Part shown: positions 27,246-36,660 of the stretch, piece after piece
How the letters are laid out: each line of letters begins with the position of its first letter
How positions within the stretch are numbered: position 1 is the first letter of the stretch
Assembly: GCA_020720625.1 (NCBI GenBank)
Contig: DYOH01000007.1
Location: 11,848 to 75,847 of the forward strand
DNA from: Acetofilamentum sp.
Lineage (GTDB): Bacteria; Bacteroidota; Bacteroidia; Bacteroidales; DYOH01
Direction of reading: 5' to 3'
DNA length: 64,000 nt
The notes under the pieces: generated by a model
What the model was told of the DNA's origin: nothing
What the model saw: the letters and a program-made list of their open reading frames with translations, nothing else
The model's database searches: none
Position numbers and translations under genes: made by a program

Positions 27246-28793
27246 ATGGCTGAAAGAAAATACGAAAACAAATCAAAAAAAACAGAAAACGATTTGGTGG
27301 TTGGCAAAATTCCGCCACAAGCAGTTGAGCTCGAAGAAATTATCTTGGGAGCAATTATGCTCGAAAGCGATGCCATTGTGCAGGTGGCCGATATTTTAAA
27401 AAGCGAGAGCTTTTACAAGGAAGCGCACCAACACATTTATAGGGCTATATTAAAGTTATCGGAAGAGCACGAGCCCATTGATTTAATGACAGTGATGGAA
27501 AAACTCCGAAAACTTGGGAAACTCGAGGAAATCGGAGGTCCGCAATATCTTGCCGAGCTTACATCTCGGGTAAATTCTGCCGCACATATTGAATATCATG
27601 CACGTATTGTGGCTCAGAAATATATTCAGCGTGAGCTTATTCGCATTTCGTCTGATATTCAGGATAAAGCTTTTGATACTTCTTCGGATGTAGACGATTT
27701 GCTTGATTTCTCGGAGAAAGAGCTTTTTAATTTGGCTTATGGAAATATTAAAAAGGATGCTAATCAGATAGATACTATTATAAATGAGGCCATTAAGCAA
27801 TTAAATGAGGCATCCCAGCGCGAAGATGGTCTTAGCGGCGTTCCATGTGGTTTCTCCGAGATGGATAGAATTACATCGGGTTGGCAGCGATCCGATTTAA
27901 TTATTATTGCTGCCCGTCCATCTATGGGTAAAACAGCATTTGTTTTGTCTATGGCGCGCAATATTGCAGTAAACCATCAGCATGCCATTGCATTGTTCTC
28001 TCTCGAAATGTCGTCGGTGCAGCTAGTTAATCGTTTAATCAGTAGCGAAACAGAAATACCCGCCGATAGATTAAGAACCGGAAAATTAAGTAAAGACGAA
28101 TGGTCGCAACTTAATGATAAAATAGATAGATTGTACAAATCGCCTGTTTTTATTGATGATACTCCGGCCATTTCCTTGTTTGAATTAAGGGCCAAATGCA
28201 GGCGTTTGAAAATGCAGCATGATATTTCGTTGGTGGTAGTCGATTATTTGCAGTTGATGACAGTTGGAAGCGATTCTAAAGGAATAAACCGCGAGCAGGA
28301 GGTAAGTATTATTTCAAGGGGCCTAAAAGCTATTGCCAAAGAATTAAATATTCCGGTTATTGCTCTTTCGCAGCTTAATAGATCGGTAGAAACACGAGGT
28401 GGCGACAAACGTCCGCAATTATCAGATTTACGGGAATCGGGAGCCATAGAGCAAGATGCCGATATTGTGATATTTATTCACCGCCCCGAAAGATATGGGA
28501 TTACTCAGGACGATAGCGGACGCAGCCTTATTGGTTTGGCAGAGATTATAATTGCTAAACACAGAAATGGTGAAATTGGAACGGTTGATCTTACTTTTAA
28601 AGCAGAATACGCCCGATTTATGGACTACGACTCTTCTTCGTTGGATAGTATTGGAGCCGATTTTAACCTTAATCCGGCAGGTGTGGTAACTTTAAGCTCA
28701 AGCATGAATAAAGACGAGAGTTTTAATAAACAGCAAAATAATAAAAATCCCTTTGGAAACTCTAGCTTCAACGATGATATGGCACCTTTTTAG
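27246..28793 (+). CDS. dnaB: Replicative DNA helicase DnaB
   Basis: 515-aa ORF. N-terminal motif PPQAVELEEIILGAIM. Walker A is ARPSMGKTAF. Also VVVDYLQLM and ESGAIEQDADIV. There is a low-complexity C-terminal tail of about 55 aa. Confidence 0.95.
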   Translation: MAERKYENKSKKTENDLVVGKIPPQAVELEEIILGAIMLESDAIVQVADILKSESFYKEAHQHIYRAILKLSEEHEPIDLMTVMEKLRKLGKLEEIGGPQYLAELTSRVNSAAHIEYHARIVAQKYIQRELIRISSDIQDKAFDTSSDVDDLLDFSEKELFNLAYGNIKKDANQIDTIINEAIKQLNEASQREDGLSGVPCGFSEMDRITSGWQRSDLIIIAARPSMGKTAFVLSMARNIAVNHQHAIALFSLEMSSVQLVNRLISSETEIPADRLRTGKLSKDEWSQLNDKIDRLYKSPVFIDDTPAISLFELRAKCRRLKMQHDISLVVVDYLQLMTVGSDSKGINREQEVSIISRGLKAIAKELNIPVIALSQLNRSVETRGGDKRPQLSDLRESGAIEQDADIVIFIHRPERYGITQDDSGRSLIGLAEIIIAKHRNGEIGTVDLTFKAEYARFMDYDSSSLDSIGADFNLNPAGVVTLSSSMNKDESFNKQQNNKNPFGNSSFNDDMAPF

Positions 28794-28794
28794 A

Positions 28795-30591
28795 TTACAG
28801 CCTTATTCCTAAAAGTGTAACATTATCGTCGATATTTTTATTCTGCATAAATGTTTGAAATCCTGATTTTATTATTTCTTTTTGTCTGAAAACAGGAAGC
28901 ACTCCTACTTTATCAATCAAACTGAGTAGGCCTTCTTGTTTAAATTTTTCGTTTTTGGGCGAACGTTGATCCAAAATACCATTGGAAAACAAGTAAATGA
29001 TATCTCCTTTTTGGGCAAGTTCAAGCTTTTCTTTGAATTTTTTCTCCGAAGAAGCGTTTATTCCAATGTACTGATTTTCGGAAGCCACAATTTTTATTTG
29101 CCTTTCCTGGCGAGAGAAGATTAATAAATTCTGTTTAGCTCCGATATATCTTATGCTCACTTTCTCTCCAATCTGCCGTTCAATACTGGCCATACTAATA
29201 TCGATAAAAATCGGGTGATTGGAGTAATTTTTTTCAATAATTCGGCTCATATTTTCATGAAACGTATTGATAATCATTGATAATGAATATTCGGGATGTG
29301 AAATTACGACTTCTTTTAGCTGATGATAGGTGATTAAAGATAGCATGGTGCCTGCAATACCATTGTAATTGCAATCTATGATGGCTATTAAAAAACGCTC
29401 GGTAAAAATGCCACTTTGTTGTTGTTTCATAAAAAAACCAACATCTTTCGAAAAATTATCTTTAGCCATCATTATATTAAATGCATCAAAGTAGAACTCA
29501 AGTTCACTTAAATAAGTGAGCAAAGAATGTTGGGTTTTTTGAGCAAAAATAGAGATTTCCTGAAAATCGCGGTTAAGTTGATTAAATTTTGTTTCTTGTT
29601 CTGCAAATTCGTGTTTAAAGTGTGATAATTCAAATTTTACCTGATTTAACTCCGTTTCATTTTCTTCTAGTTTCTTTGAGTTTTGTTCAAAAAGTACTTT
29701 TATTTTGCTTTTTTTTATGATAAAAGCCAATAGAAAAATTAGTCCGATTAAGATGGTTATGCTAACAAGAATAGTGTAAATTTGATTGTTCTGTTTTTGT
29801 TTTAAATCAATTTTATGCTGATCGAGCAGTTTTTTCTGTTGATTTATCTGAATCGCTTGATCGTGAAAATCTGTTTTCTGTTTGTAGAGTATGTTGCTGT
29901 ATGCTTCCAGGGCTTTTTGCTTTTCTAATAAATCTAATTCCTGTTTCGAGAAGGCTACATTTTGGTTATTAAGCAAAAATCTTAGGGTTTGCATGGAGTC
30001 TTCGTATTGTTTTAATTTTTTTTGCAAATGAAAGTTTGTTTGACTTTGATAGATAGAATCTTTTACTTGCTGATTTTGCATAATGTCGTATAAAAACGAA
30101 GAGCTTAATTTAAGGTTTGATGCTTTTACGTTTTTTTCATTTATTCTAATGTAGTAATTACTATTTTGTTGAAAGAGGTTAATCATGGTGTTTTCATCCG
30201 AAAAACTTTCAATGGTAATTAATAGCACCGATGAAGCTATTGCGTTTTTAATAAACGATAGGCTTAAATAGTTGAAATCTGGGTTAATTATAATAATTTG
30301 ATTTTTGGGCTTAAATTCGGGCTTGTTTTTAAATTCGATAATCGTTTTTTTATTTTTTATTTTAATTTGTTCGGCTAAAATATTTAATTCATCAAACAAA
30401 GCTTTATCGGCCGAGAATAAACCAATAAAGAAAGTGTCAATTTTGTTTTCAGCAGGCCAAATAACGTTGTTGCCAATTTCGAAAATGAGGTTGGCTTTAT
30501 TTTTAATAGCATTTGATTTGGTTTGCGCCAAAAGGCTGTTGCTTACAAACCAAAAAATTAAAAAGACTATGAAATAGTTTTTGTATCTCAT
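28795..30591 (-). CDS. Exported YfiR/DUF4154 domain - coiled coil - TM - PP2C/SpoIIE-like domain with divergent catalytic motifs
   Basis: 598-aa ORF with a signal peptide ending in LLAQ. The DUF4154-like N-domain is KANLIFEIGNNVIWP...IIIINPD...LLITIES...INLF...YYIRINEKN. The TM helix is IYTILVSITILIGLIFLLAFII. The C-terminal domain is collinear with the 8127..9971 PP2C but carries DCNYNG (vs DCTGHG), LFSNG (vs LFSDG) and KDVGFF (vs SGDFF). Confidence 0.75.
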   Translation of the reverse strand: MRYKNYFIVFLIFWFVSNSLLAQTKSNAIKNKANLIFEIGNNVIWPAENKIDTFFIGLFSADKALFDELNILAEQIKIKNKKTIIEFKNKPEFKPKNQIIIINPDFNYLSLSFIKNAIASSVLLITIESFSDENTMINLFQQNSNYYIRINEKNVKASNLKLSSSFLYDIMQNQQVKDSIYQSQTNFHLQKKLKQYEDSMQTLRFLLNNQNVAFSKQELDLLEKQKALEAYSNILYKQKTDFHDQAIQINQQKKLLDQHKIDLKQKQNNQIYTILVSITILIGLIFLLAFIIKKSKIKVLFEQNSKKLEENETELNQVKFELSHFKHEFAEQETKFNQLNRDFQEISIFAQKTQHSLLTYLSELEFYFDAFNIMMAKDNFSKDVGFFMKQQQSGIFTERFLIAIIDCNYNGIAGTMLSLITYHQLKEVVISHPEYSLSMIINTFHENMSRIIEKNYSNHPIFIDISMASIERQIGEKVSIRYIGAKQNLLIFSRQERQIKIVASENQYIGINASSEKKFKEKLELAQKGDIIYLFSNGILDQRSPKNEKFKQEGLLSLIDKVGVLPVFRQKEIIKSGFQTFMQNKNIDDNVTLLGIRL

Positions 30592-30640
30592 AGCCTAAAA
30601 TTAAACAAATTAAATAAGATAAAAAACTCTTATAGCATAT

Positions 30641-31843
30641 TTATGCTTCAACTGCTTTTTTAACAAGGTTTGCTGCTTCCTGCAATGTAATTGCCGATTG
30701 CACTTTTAATCCGGATGCGTCAAGTAATCGTTTTCCTACTTCGGCGTTTGTGCCTTGTAGGCGCACAATTACGGGTATTTTTATATCACCAACAGCTCTG
30801 TATGCATCTACAACTCCCTGAGCCACCCTGTCGCCTCTAACAATACCACCAAAAATGTTGATTAGAATAGCTTTCACTCTGGGATCTTTAAGAATAATTC
30901 TAAATCCGGCTTCCACTGTTTGTGCATTTGCAGTGCCTCCTACATCCAGGAAGTTAGCAGGTTCCCCACCCGAAAGTTTTATAATATCCATGGTAGCCAT
31001 AGCCAATCCGGCTCCGTTAACCATACATCCTACATTTCCGTCGAGTTTTACAAAATTTAGGTCGAATTTAGATGCTTCTACCTCTGCTGGATCTTCTTCG
31101 GTAATATCTCTAAGGGTGATATAATCTTTATGTCGGAAAAGGGCGTTATCGTCGAGTTTTACTTTGGCATCGGCAGCCAGAATTAAATCGTCGGATGTTT
31201 TAAATACGGGATTTATTTCAAATAATGATGCATCGCTTCCTTCGTAGGCATTGTATAATGCTATAACAAATTTTATCATTTCTTTGAATGCTTTGCCGCT
31301 TAATCCTAGATTAAATGCAATGCGGCGAGCCTGAAAACCTTGCAAACCTACTTTGGGGTCGATTTCTTCTTTAAAAATAAATTCGGGAGTTTCTGCTGCT
31401 ACTGTTTCAATATCCATGCCTCCTTTGGGGGAATACATGATTATATTTCGGCCGGTGTCGCGATTGAGCAAAACGCTCATATAGTATTCTGCAACATTTA
31501 CTTTTCCGTCTTCGTTGGGATAGTAAATGCTTTGTTCTACTAACAATTTGTTTACAACTTTACCTTCGGGACCTGTTTGGTGGGTAACTAAATTCATGCC
31601 CAAAATTTGCTTGGCATATTCTTCTACCTCGGCAAACGATTTGGCAATTTTTACTCCGCCCCCTTTTCCGCGTCCGCCAGCGTGAATCTGCGCTTTAACT
31701 GCCCATGCCTTTACGCCTGTTTTATCCTGTATCTGACGCGCTGCCTGAACCGCCGTTGATGGGTTCTCGGCAACTTGCCCGTGTGGTACAGCAACACCAA
31801 ATTGTTTTAGTATTGCTTTGCCTTGATATTCATGAAGATTCAT
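30641..31843 (-). CDS. sucC: Succinyl-CoA synthetase beta subunit (ADP-forming)
   Basis: 400-aa ORF. Motifs: [40 protein letters not shown]. Confidence 0.95.
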   Translation of the reverse strand: MNLHEYQGKAILKQFGVAVPHGQVAENPSTAVQAARQIQDKTGVKAWAVKAQIHAGGRGKGGGVKIAKSFAEVEEYAKQILGMNLVTHQTGPEGKVVNKLLVEQSIYYPNEDGKVNVAEYYMSVLLNRDTGRNIIMYSPKGGMDIETVAAETPEFIFKEEIDPKVGLQGFQARRIAFNLGLSGKAFKEMIKFVIALYNAYEGSDASLFEINPVFKTSDDLILAADAKVKLDDNALFRHKDYITLRDITEEDPAEVEASKFDLNFVKLDGNVGCMVNGAGLAMATMDIIKLSGGEPANFLDVGGTANAQTVEAGFRIILKDPRVKAILINIFGGIVRGDRVAQGVVDAYRAVGDIKIPVIVRLQGTNAEVGKRLLDASGLKVQSAITLQEAANLVKKAVEA

Positions 31844-31950
31844 ATATTTGTGTTTTAAAATTTGATTTATTACTCAGGTTACTAAAGTAATATAATTAGT
31901 TTAGAACACATATATATTTTTATATTTTTCACAGCATTAAATCGATTGCA

Positions 31951-32484
31951 ATGCGAAAAAAACTTAATAGTGAATTAGATAGAATTAACCCGAATGATTA
32001 CAAATCTGTAAAAAAAACTCCTTTGGTGGTAGTTTTGGATAATGTAAGGAGTTTGAATAATATTGGAAGTGTGTTTCGCACTGCCGATGGGTTTAGGGTA
32101 GAAGCCATTTACCTGTGCGGTATTACGGCGCAGCCGCCGCATCGCGATATTCATAAAACTGCTCTTGGTGCTACAGAATCTGTTCCCTGGAAATATTTCT
32201 CAACGACAAAAGATGCCCTTGTGGAGTTAAGGGCCAAGGAATATAAAATTTTGGCTATAGAACAGGTGGAAAATAGTATTTTGCTCGATGAATTGGTTTT
32301 GGAAACCAAAGAATCTTATGCCTTGATTTTTGGCCACGAAGTGCGCGGAGTAGATCAGGAGATTGTGGATTTATGTGATGCCTGCATTGAAATTCCGCAG
32401 ATGGGTACAAAGCATTCTTTTAATATTTCGGTGAGCGCGGGTATTGTGCTCTGGGAGTTTTATAAGTTGTTAAAGTCTTTATAA
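31951..32484 (+). CDS. SpoU/TrmH-family RNA 2'-O-methyltransferase
   Basis: 177-aa ORF. SPOUT motifs: LDNVRSLNNIGSVFRTADGF, LIFGHEVRGV, IPQMGTKHSFNISVSAGIVLWE. Confidence 0.85.
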   Translation: MRKKLNSELDRINPNDYKSVKKTPLVVVLDNVRSLNNIGSVFRTADGFRVEAIYLCGITAQPPHRDIHKTALGATESVPWKYFSTTKDALVELRAKEYKILAIEQVENSILLDELVLETKESYALIFGHEVRGVDQEIVDLCDACIEIPQMGTKHSFNISVSAGIVLWEFYKLLKSL

Positions 32485-32505
32485 TCTGACTTTGGCCTTT
32501 TAAAT

Positions 32506-32546
32506 AAAAAGGACTTTACAGTTCAATGTAAAGTCCTTTTTATTTA
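32506..32546 (+). terminator. Rho-independent terminator after the trmH-family gene
   Basis: 15-bp perfect stem AAAAAGGACTTTACA/TGTAAAGTCCTTTTT with a 6-nt loop and T-rich tail. Confidence 0.7.
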
Positions 32547-32552
32547 TAAAAT

Positions 32553-32683
32553 GAGTTTAGTCTAAAAAGATTGAAAAAATGATTATACCCCTGCCCGCGT
32601 TTTCTTAATTAACTTATAAACTGTTTAGTACAGTTACAGCATTATATAAAAATCAACGCTGGCAGGGTTTTTAGACTTGACTC
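32553..32683. other. About 131-nt nested inverted-repeat element (three-tier predicted stem-loop) between convergent genes; function unknown
   Basis: Outer stem: 32553-32568 pairs with 32668-32683 (14 Watson-Crick pairs, 1 G-U, 1 mismatch). Middle stem: 32589-32601 pairs with 32655-32667 (12 of 13). Apical hairpin: AACTG-TTTAGTA-CAGTT at 32619-32635. A 20-nt bulge occurs on the 5' side only. Confidence 0.3.
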
Positions 32684-32710
32684 TAAAATGTATTTTATTC
32701 CACCGGAAAA

Positions 32711-34207
32711 TTAGAATGTAATAGCTGTTTTCAGACCGAATGTTTTAACGTTTTCATCTGTTCCTTTAATAAGGCCGTCGCCATTTAAATCCTGAAACGT
32801 ATATCGGTAGTCAAAACCTAAATTTACACCGTTGAAATTGTATTCCAGTGTGTAGCCCATAATGGTAGATGGTGTTTTCCATTCTTTGAAGTTTTCTACG
32901 TTATTTTGAATGTAGTAAGCTTTTGCGCTGGCATCTTTTGGCAATAATTTGGGTGTAAGTTCTAGTTCGCCTTTTAAAGAACGAATATGGAAATTGGCCG
33001 AATCTGCGCTAAGCATATCGGAGTAATGCAATCCGCCAATAATCAGGTCTTGAATATTAAAATCAACACCAACAAAGAAACCGTTGGTAGATTCTTTCAC
33101 TTCTAGTAATCTGTTTTGTTTGGTTACAACGCTTTGAAGACCGGTTGCAGGGTCGCGCACAAAAACAGAGCGTTCCAGTTCATAAGTATAGTTGTAATAA
33201 CCGTATAAGAATTCATCGCTGGCTCTACGGTATTCGGCCGAAAAGGTAAGCATTTTGCCTAATCCTATTCTCACGCCGGGTAGGGTTATTCCCCAACCGT
33301 AAAGCGAATCGCCACCTAATTGAGTAAAGTGGCTATAAACAGTAAAATCAAAGTTTCCGCTTTCGATAATTGGGTATCCAATGTCTAATCCATAAGCATA
33401 AGACATAGACGTTAAGTCTCCATATTTTATCAAGTCGCTTTGTTTTGTACCGTCAATTACACCATAGTTTACCGCCTGATCAAGAAAATCTTGAGGTAAT
33501 TTTCTGTCTAATAGATAATAATCGTATTCGGTAACTAAGTTTTCATTGTTGGGATAAAGGTCAATTGCATCGGGGTAACCGTCGTCGTCGAGATCCGAAA
33601 GGCCATTATATTCGTTAAGGTCGGTGGCAAAAGAAGCGCCAATTTCGAGTTTTCCAATAGGTGTAATGCTAAGCCTGGTTGCGGCCATCATACCTGCTTG
33701 GTTTTCGAATAATTCTTTAAAATTGTTGATAAGTACCTCTACTCCAAAAAGTTTATTGTACATAGAAAATTCTAATCCCCAACGTTTTACTTCCGGATAT
33801 TGAATCATGTTGCTGTATCCGTTAACGATATTTCCAAATCCGATTCTGGTAAAATCTATACCGCCAAATTTGAAATATAATGGGTCTTCTTTTTTGGCCC
33901 AACGGATATAGTAAAGTTTATCCAAATAGTCGGTCCATTCATCCCAATCTTCTTTTCTTACTTGACCGTTTTCGTCGAGCAATAATTGAATATCAACGCC
34001 AAGTCCGAGTTTGAAAATTGGAATATCAGTTCTTACTCCGAATTGTTGATAATTTTTTCCATCGATACTGACACCACCAACAAATGCACTTCCTCCAAAG
34101 CCTTCTTTTTCTTCTTGTTCGGGTTCTTCTGATTCTTCAACCTCCTGAGCAAAAATGTTTACGCTTAAAAATAAGCTTATTAGTAACAAAAACAGATTCT
34201 TTTTCAT
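32711..34207 (-). CDS. Putative porin-like outer-membrane beta-barrel protein
   Basis: 498-aa ORF with a signal peptide ending in IFAQ and an acidic linker (EVEESEEPEQEEKE). Contains a calcium-binding-like DLDDDGYPDAIDLYPNN motif, strand-like periodicity and a terminal ...KTAITF. Confidence 0.6.
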   Translation of the reverse strand: MKKNLFLLLISLFLSVNIFAQEVEESEEPEQEEKEGFGGSAFVGGVSIDGKNYQQFGVRTDIPIFKLGLGVDIQLLLDENGQVRKEDWDEWTDYLDKLYYIRWAKKEDPLYFKFGGIDFTRIGFGNIVNGYSNMIQYPEVKRWGLEFSMYNKLFGVEVLINNFKELFENQAGMMAATRLSITPIGKLEIGASFATDLNEYNGLSDLDDDGYPDAIDLYPNNENLVTEYDYYLLDRKLPQDFLDQAVNYGVIDGTKQSDLIKYGDLTSMSYAYGLDIGYPIIESGNFDFTVYSHFTQLGGDSLYGWGITLPGVRIGLGKMLTFSAEYRRASDEFLYGYYNYTYELERSVFVRDPATGLQSVVTKQNRLLEVKESTNGFFVGVDFNIQDLIIGGLHYSDMLSADSANFHIRSLKGELELTPKLLPKDASAKAYYIQNNVENFKEWKTPSTIMGYTLEYNFNGVNLGFDYRYTFQDLNGDGLIKGTDENVKTFGLKTAITF

Positions 34208-34267
34208 AGCATAAAATTTAAAATTGTATAAAGTTACATAATCCTCTTAAAATAACCATACGGAAAA

Positions 34268-35347
34268 TTATTTTGGTGCAAGTTTAAATAAAATAAATGC
34301 AATTATTCCGAAAAGCATATTTGGTATCCAGACGGCTATTAGGGGCGATAGGTTGCTTCCGATCGAAAACTGGAAAGAAATTTGCATAAATAATATGTAT
34401 GAGAAGCTTAGCGCCAAGCCTATTCCGAGATATAATGCCGTGCCGCCTCTAACTTTTCGGCTCGCCAGTGAAACCCCCATAATGGTGAGAATGAAGGTGG
34501 AAAAAGGGAAAGCTAGCCTTTTGTATTTTTCTATTAGATAAGAATTAATGTTTCCGCTACCAGATATCTTCTCTTTTTCGATAAATCTTTTTAATTCATC
34601 ATTATTCATTGTTTCAACATCGGTTGCACGCCTATGAAAATCGGCTCTCTCCATGTTAAGCGTGGTGTCTAAGGTTTTGCCGCGTTCAATAATCTCACCG
34701 TTTTCCTGAAAATAGCGTATACGATAATTGTGGATTTTCCATTTATTTGTAAGGGTATCCCATTTAATATAATCCGAAATGAGTTTTGAAACCAGCTTGC
34801 CATTTTCTATTTTTTCTAGGGCAAATTTACTGCCCATATCGAGTTTATTGTTGTAGCTTTCCATATATACGTATACACCCGGGCTAATTTGCTTATGAAA
34901 ATTTCGGCCCTGAAATCGATAGGTGTTTTTAAAATAGGTATTTTCAAAATCGAGTCTAACTGCATTGGAGTGTGGAATTACCCATCCGCTTAAACCGTAG
35001 GATAGAAGAGCAATAACGGCAGCCGAAATCATATAGGGGCGCATTATTCGCGCATAACTTACTCCGCTGCTTAGCATGGCAATAAATTCAGAGTGCACAG
35101 CCATTTTCGATGTAAAAAAAATAACCGATATAAATACAAATAAAAAGCTGAATAAATTACCGTAATAGGGTACAAAATTCAGGTAATAGTCTACTACAAT
35201 AGCTCTAAAAGGGGCTTCTTTTTCAATAAAATCATCAATCTTTTCTGAGATATCAAAAACAATGGCAATGCCCAGTATCATAACAATGGCAAAAAAGAAA
35301 GTGCCGAGAAATTTTTTGATGATGTAAATATCAATTTTTTTAAGCAT
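34268..35347 (-). CDS. LptF/LptG-family (YjgP/YjgQ) LPS export permease
   Basis: The track start at 35452 would overlap tgt by 94 nt. The ATG at 35347 (MLKKIDIYIIKKFLGTFFF...) matches the canonical LptF/G N-terminus. Six-TM layout with a periplasmic beta-jellyroll insert. Confidence 0.8.
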   Translation of the reverse strand: MLKKIDIYIIKKFLGTFFFAIVMILGIAIVFDISEKIDDFIEKEAPFRAIVVDYYLNFVPYYGNLFSFLFVFISVIFFTSKMAVHSEFIAMLSSGVSYARIMRPYMISAAVIALLSYGLSGWVIPHSNAVRLDFENTYFKNTYRFQGRNFHKQISPGVYVYMESYNNKLDMGSKFALEKIENGKLVSKLISDYIKWDTLTNKWKIHNYRIRYFQENGEIIERGKTLDTTLNMERADFHRRATDVETMNNDELKRFIEKEKISGSGNINSYLIEKYKRLAFPFSTFILTIMGVSLASRKVRGGTALYLGIGLALSFSYILFMQISFQFSIGSNLSPLIAVWIPNMLFGIIAFILFKLAPK

Positions 35348-35358
35348 ATTAAAATATT

Positions 35359-36489
35359 TTATAGTCTGGTAGCTAATTTTTTTATCATAATTTCTTTCCA
35401 AGAGCCAAATTCTCCGTTGCTTATTTTTTCGCGTGCTTGATCTACCAGCCAAAGATAGAATGCCAGATTATGAATACTGGCAATTTGAGGTCCCAATCTT
35501 TCTTGCGAAACAAATAAATGTCGTAAATAGGCTTTTGAGTATTCCTTGTCTACAAAGCTAATTAATAGCGGGTCGAGGGGTGTAAAATCGTCTTTCCATT
35601 TATTGTTTTTTATGTTGATAATGCCTTCGGATGTAAAAAGCATACCGTTTCTTCCGTTACGGGTGGGCATAACGCAGTCGAACATGTCTATGCCCAAGGA
35701 TATTCCTTCGAGAATATTTACCGGAGTTCCTACGCCCATAAGATATCTGGGTTTATCAGAAGGCAGAATATTGTTTACAACTTCAATCATTTCGTACATC
35801 ATTTCTGCGGGTTCTCCAACAGATAAACCACCAATGGCGTTGCCTTGGCAGCCAAATCCGGCAATTGTTTCGGCAGATTTAGCTCTTAAATCTTTAAACG
35901 TGCTACCTTGCACAATGGGGAAATAGGCTTGCTGATGCCCATATAAAGGCTGTGTAGTTTTAAAATGTGCTACACCACGTTTAAGCCAACGGTGTGTTAG
36001 TTCCATCGATTGCCGGGCGTAGGAATAATCGCTGGGATATGGTGGACATTCGTCTAGTGCCATCATAATATCGGAGCCTATTTTACGCTGAATATCTACA
36101 ACTCCCTCCGGCGAAAACAGATGCTTACTGCCGTCGATATGGGAGCGAAATAGTGCTCCTTCTTCGGTTAGCTTTCGGTTTTCGGTGAGCGAAAATACCT
36201 GGTATCCACCCGAATCGGTTAGTATAGGTTTTTTCCAATTCATAAATTTGTGCAATCCACCGGCACTTTCGAGTATTTCTGTTCCTGGTCGAAGGTATAA
36301 ATGGTATGTATTGCCAAGTATAATTTGCGCTTTAATATCGTCTGATAATTCACGCTGATGCACTGCTTTTACAGAACCAACAGTGCCAACAGGCATAAAA
36401 ATGGGGGTTTCAATTATCCCATGGTCGGTGTGCAAAATGCCCCTTCGGGCTTTTGATGTGTTATCAGTGCTAAGAATATCAAATTTCAT
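35359..36489 (-). CDS. tgt: Queuine tRNA-ribosyltransferase
   Basis: 376-aa ORF. Motifs: TPIFMPVGT, LTDSGGYQVFSL, LMGVGTP. The zinc-site region is CVMPTRNGRNG. Confidence 0.95.
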   Translation of the reverse strand: MKFDILSTDNTSKARRGILHTDHGIIETPIFMPVGTVGSVKAVHQRELSDDIKAQIILGNTYHLYLRPGTEILESAGGLHKFMNWKKPILTDSGGYQVFSLTENRKLTEEGALFRSHIDGSKHLFSPEGVVDIQRKIGSDIMMALDECPPYPSDYSYARQSMELTHRWLKRGVAHFKTTQPLYGHQQAYFPIVQGSTFKDLRAKSAETIAGFGCQGNAIGGLSVGEPAEMMYEMIEVVNNILPSDKPRYLMGVGTPVNILEGISLGIDMFDCVMPTRNGRNGMLFTSEGIINIKNNKWKDDFTPLDPLLISFVDKEYSKAYLRHLFVSQERLGPQIASIHNLAFYLWLVDQAREKISNGEFGSWKEIMIKKLATRL

Positions 36490-36660
36490 AAAAAATTCTT
36501 TGGATGCAAAGATAAAAAACTATGCGACAAGGGAATTATTTTTTCTTCAAGTTTCATAAATTTCATAAAATCATTTAAAATCAATGTTGATAAGTACCCA
36601 ACTTGATGCATTATCCTAAAATTTATGCTATTTTCGTGGCGTTTAAAAAGTGGCTGAGGC

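Noticed and set aside
30641-31843. sucC without an adjacent sucD.
   Set aside because: The subunit genes can be unlinked, and sucD may simply lie outside the window. sucC itself looks intact.
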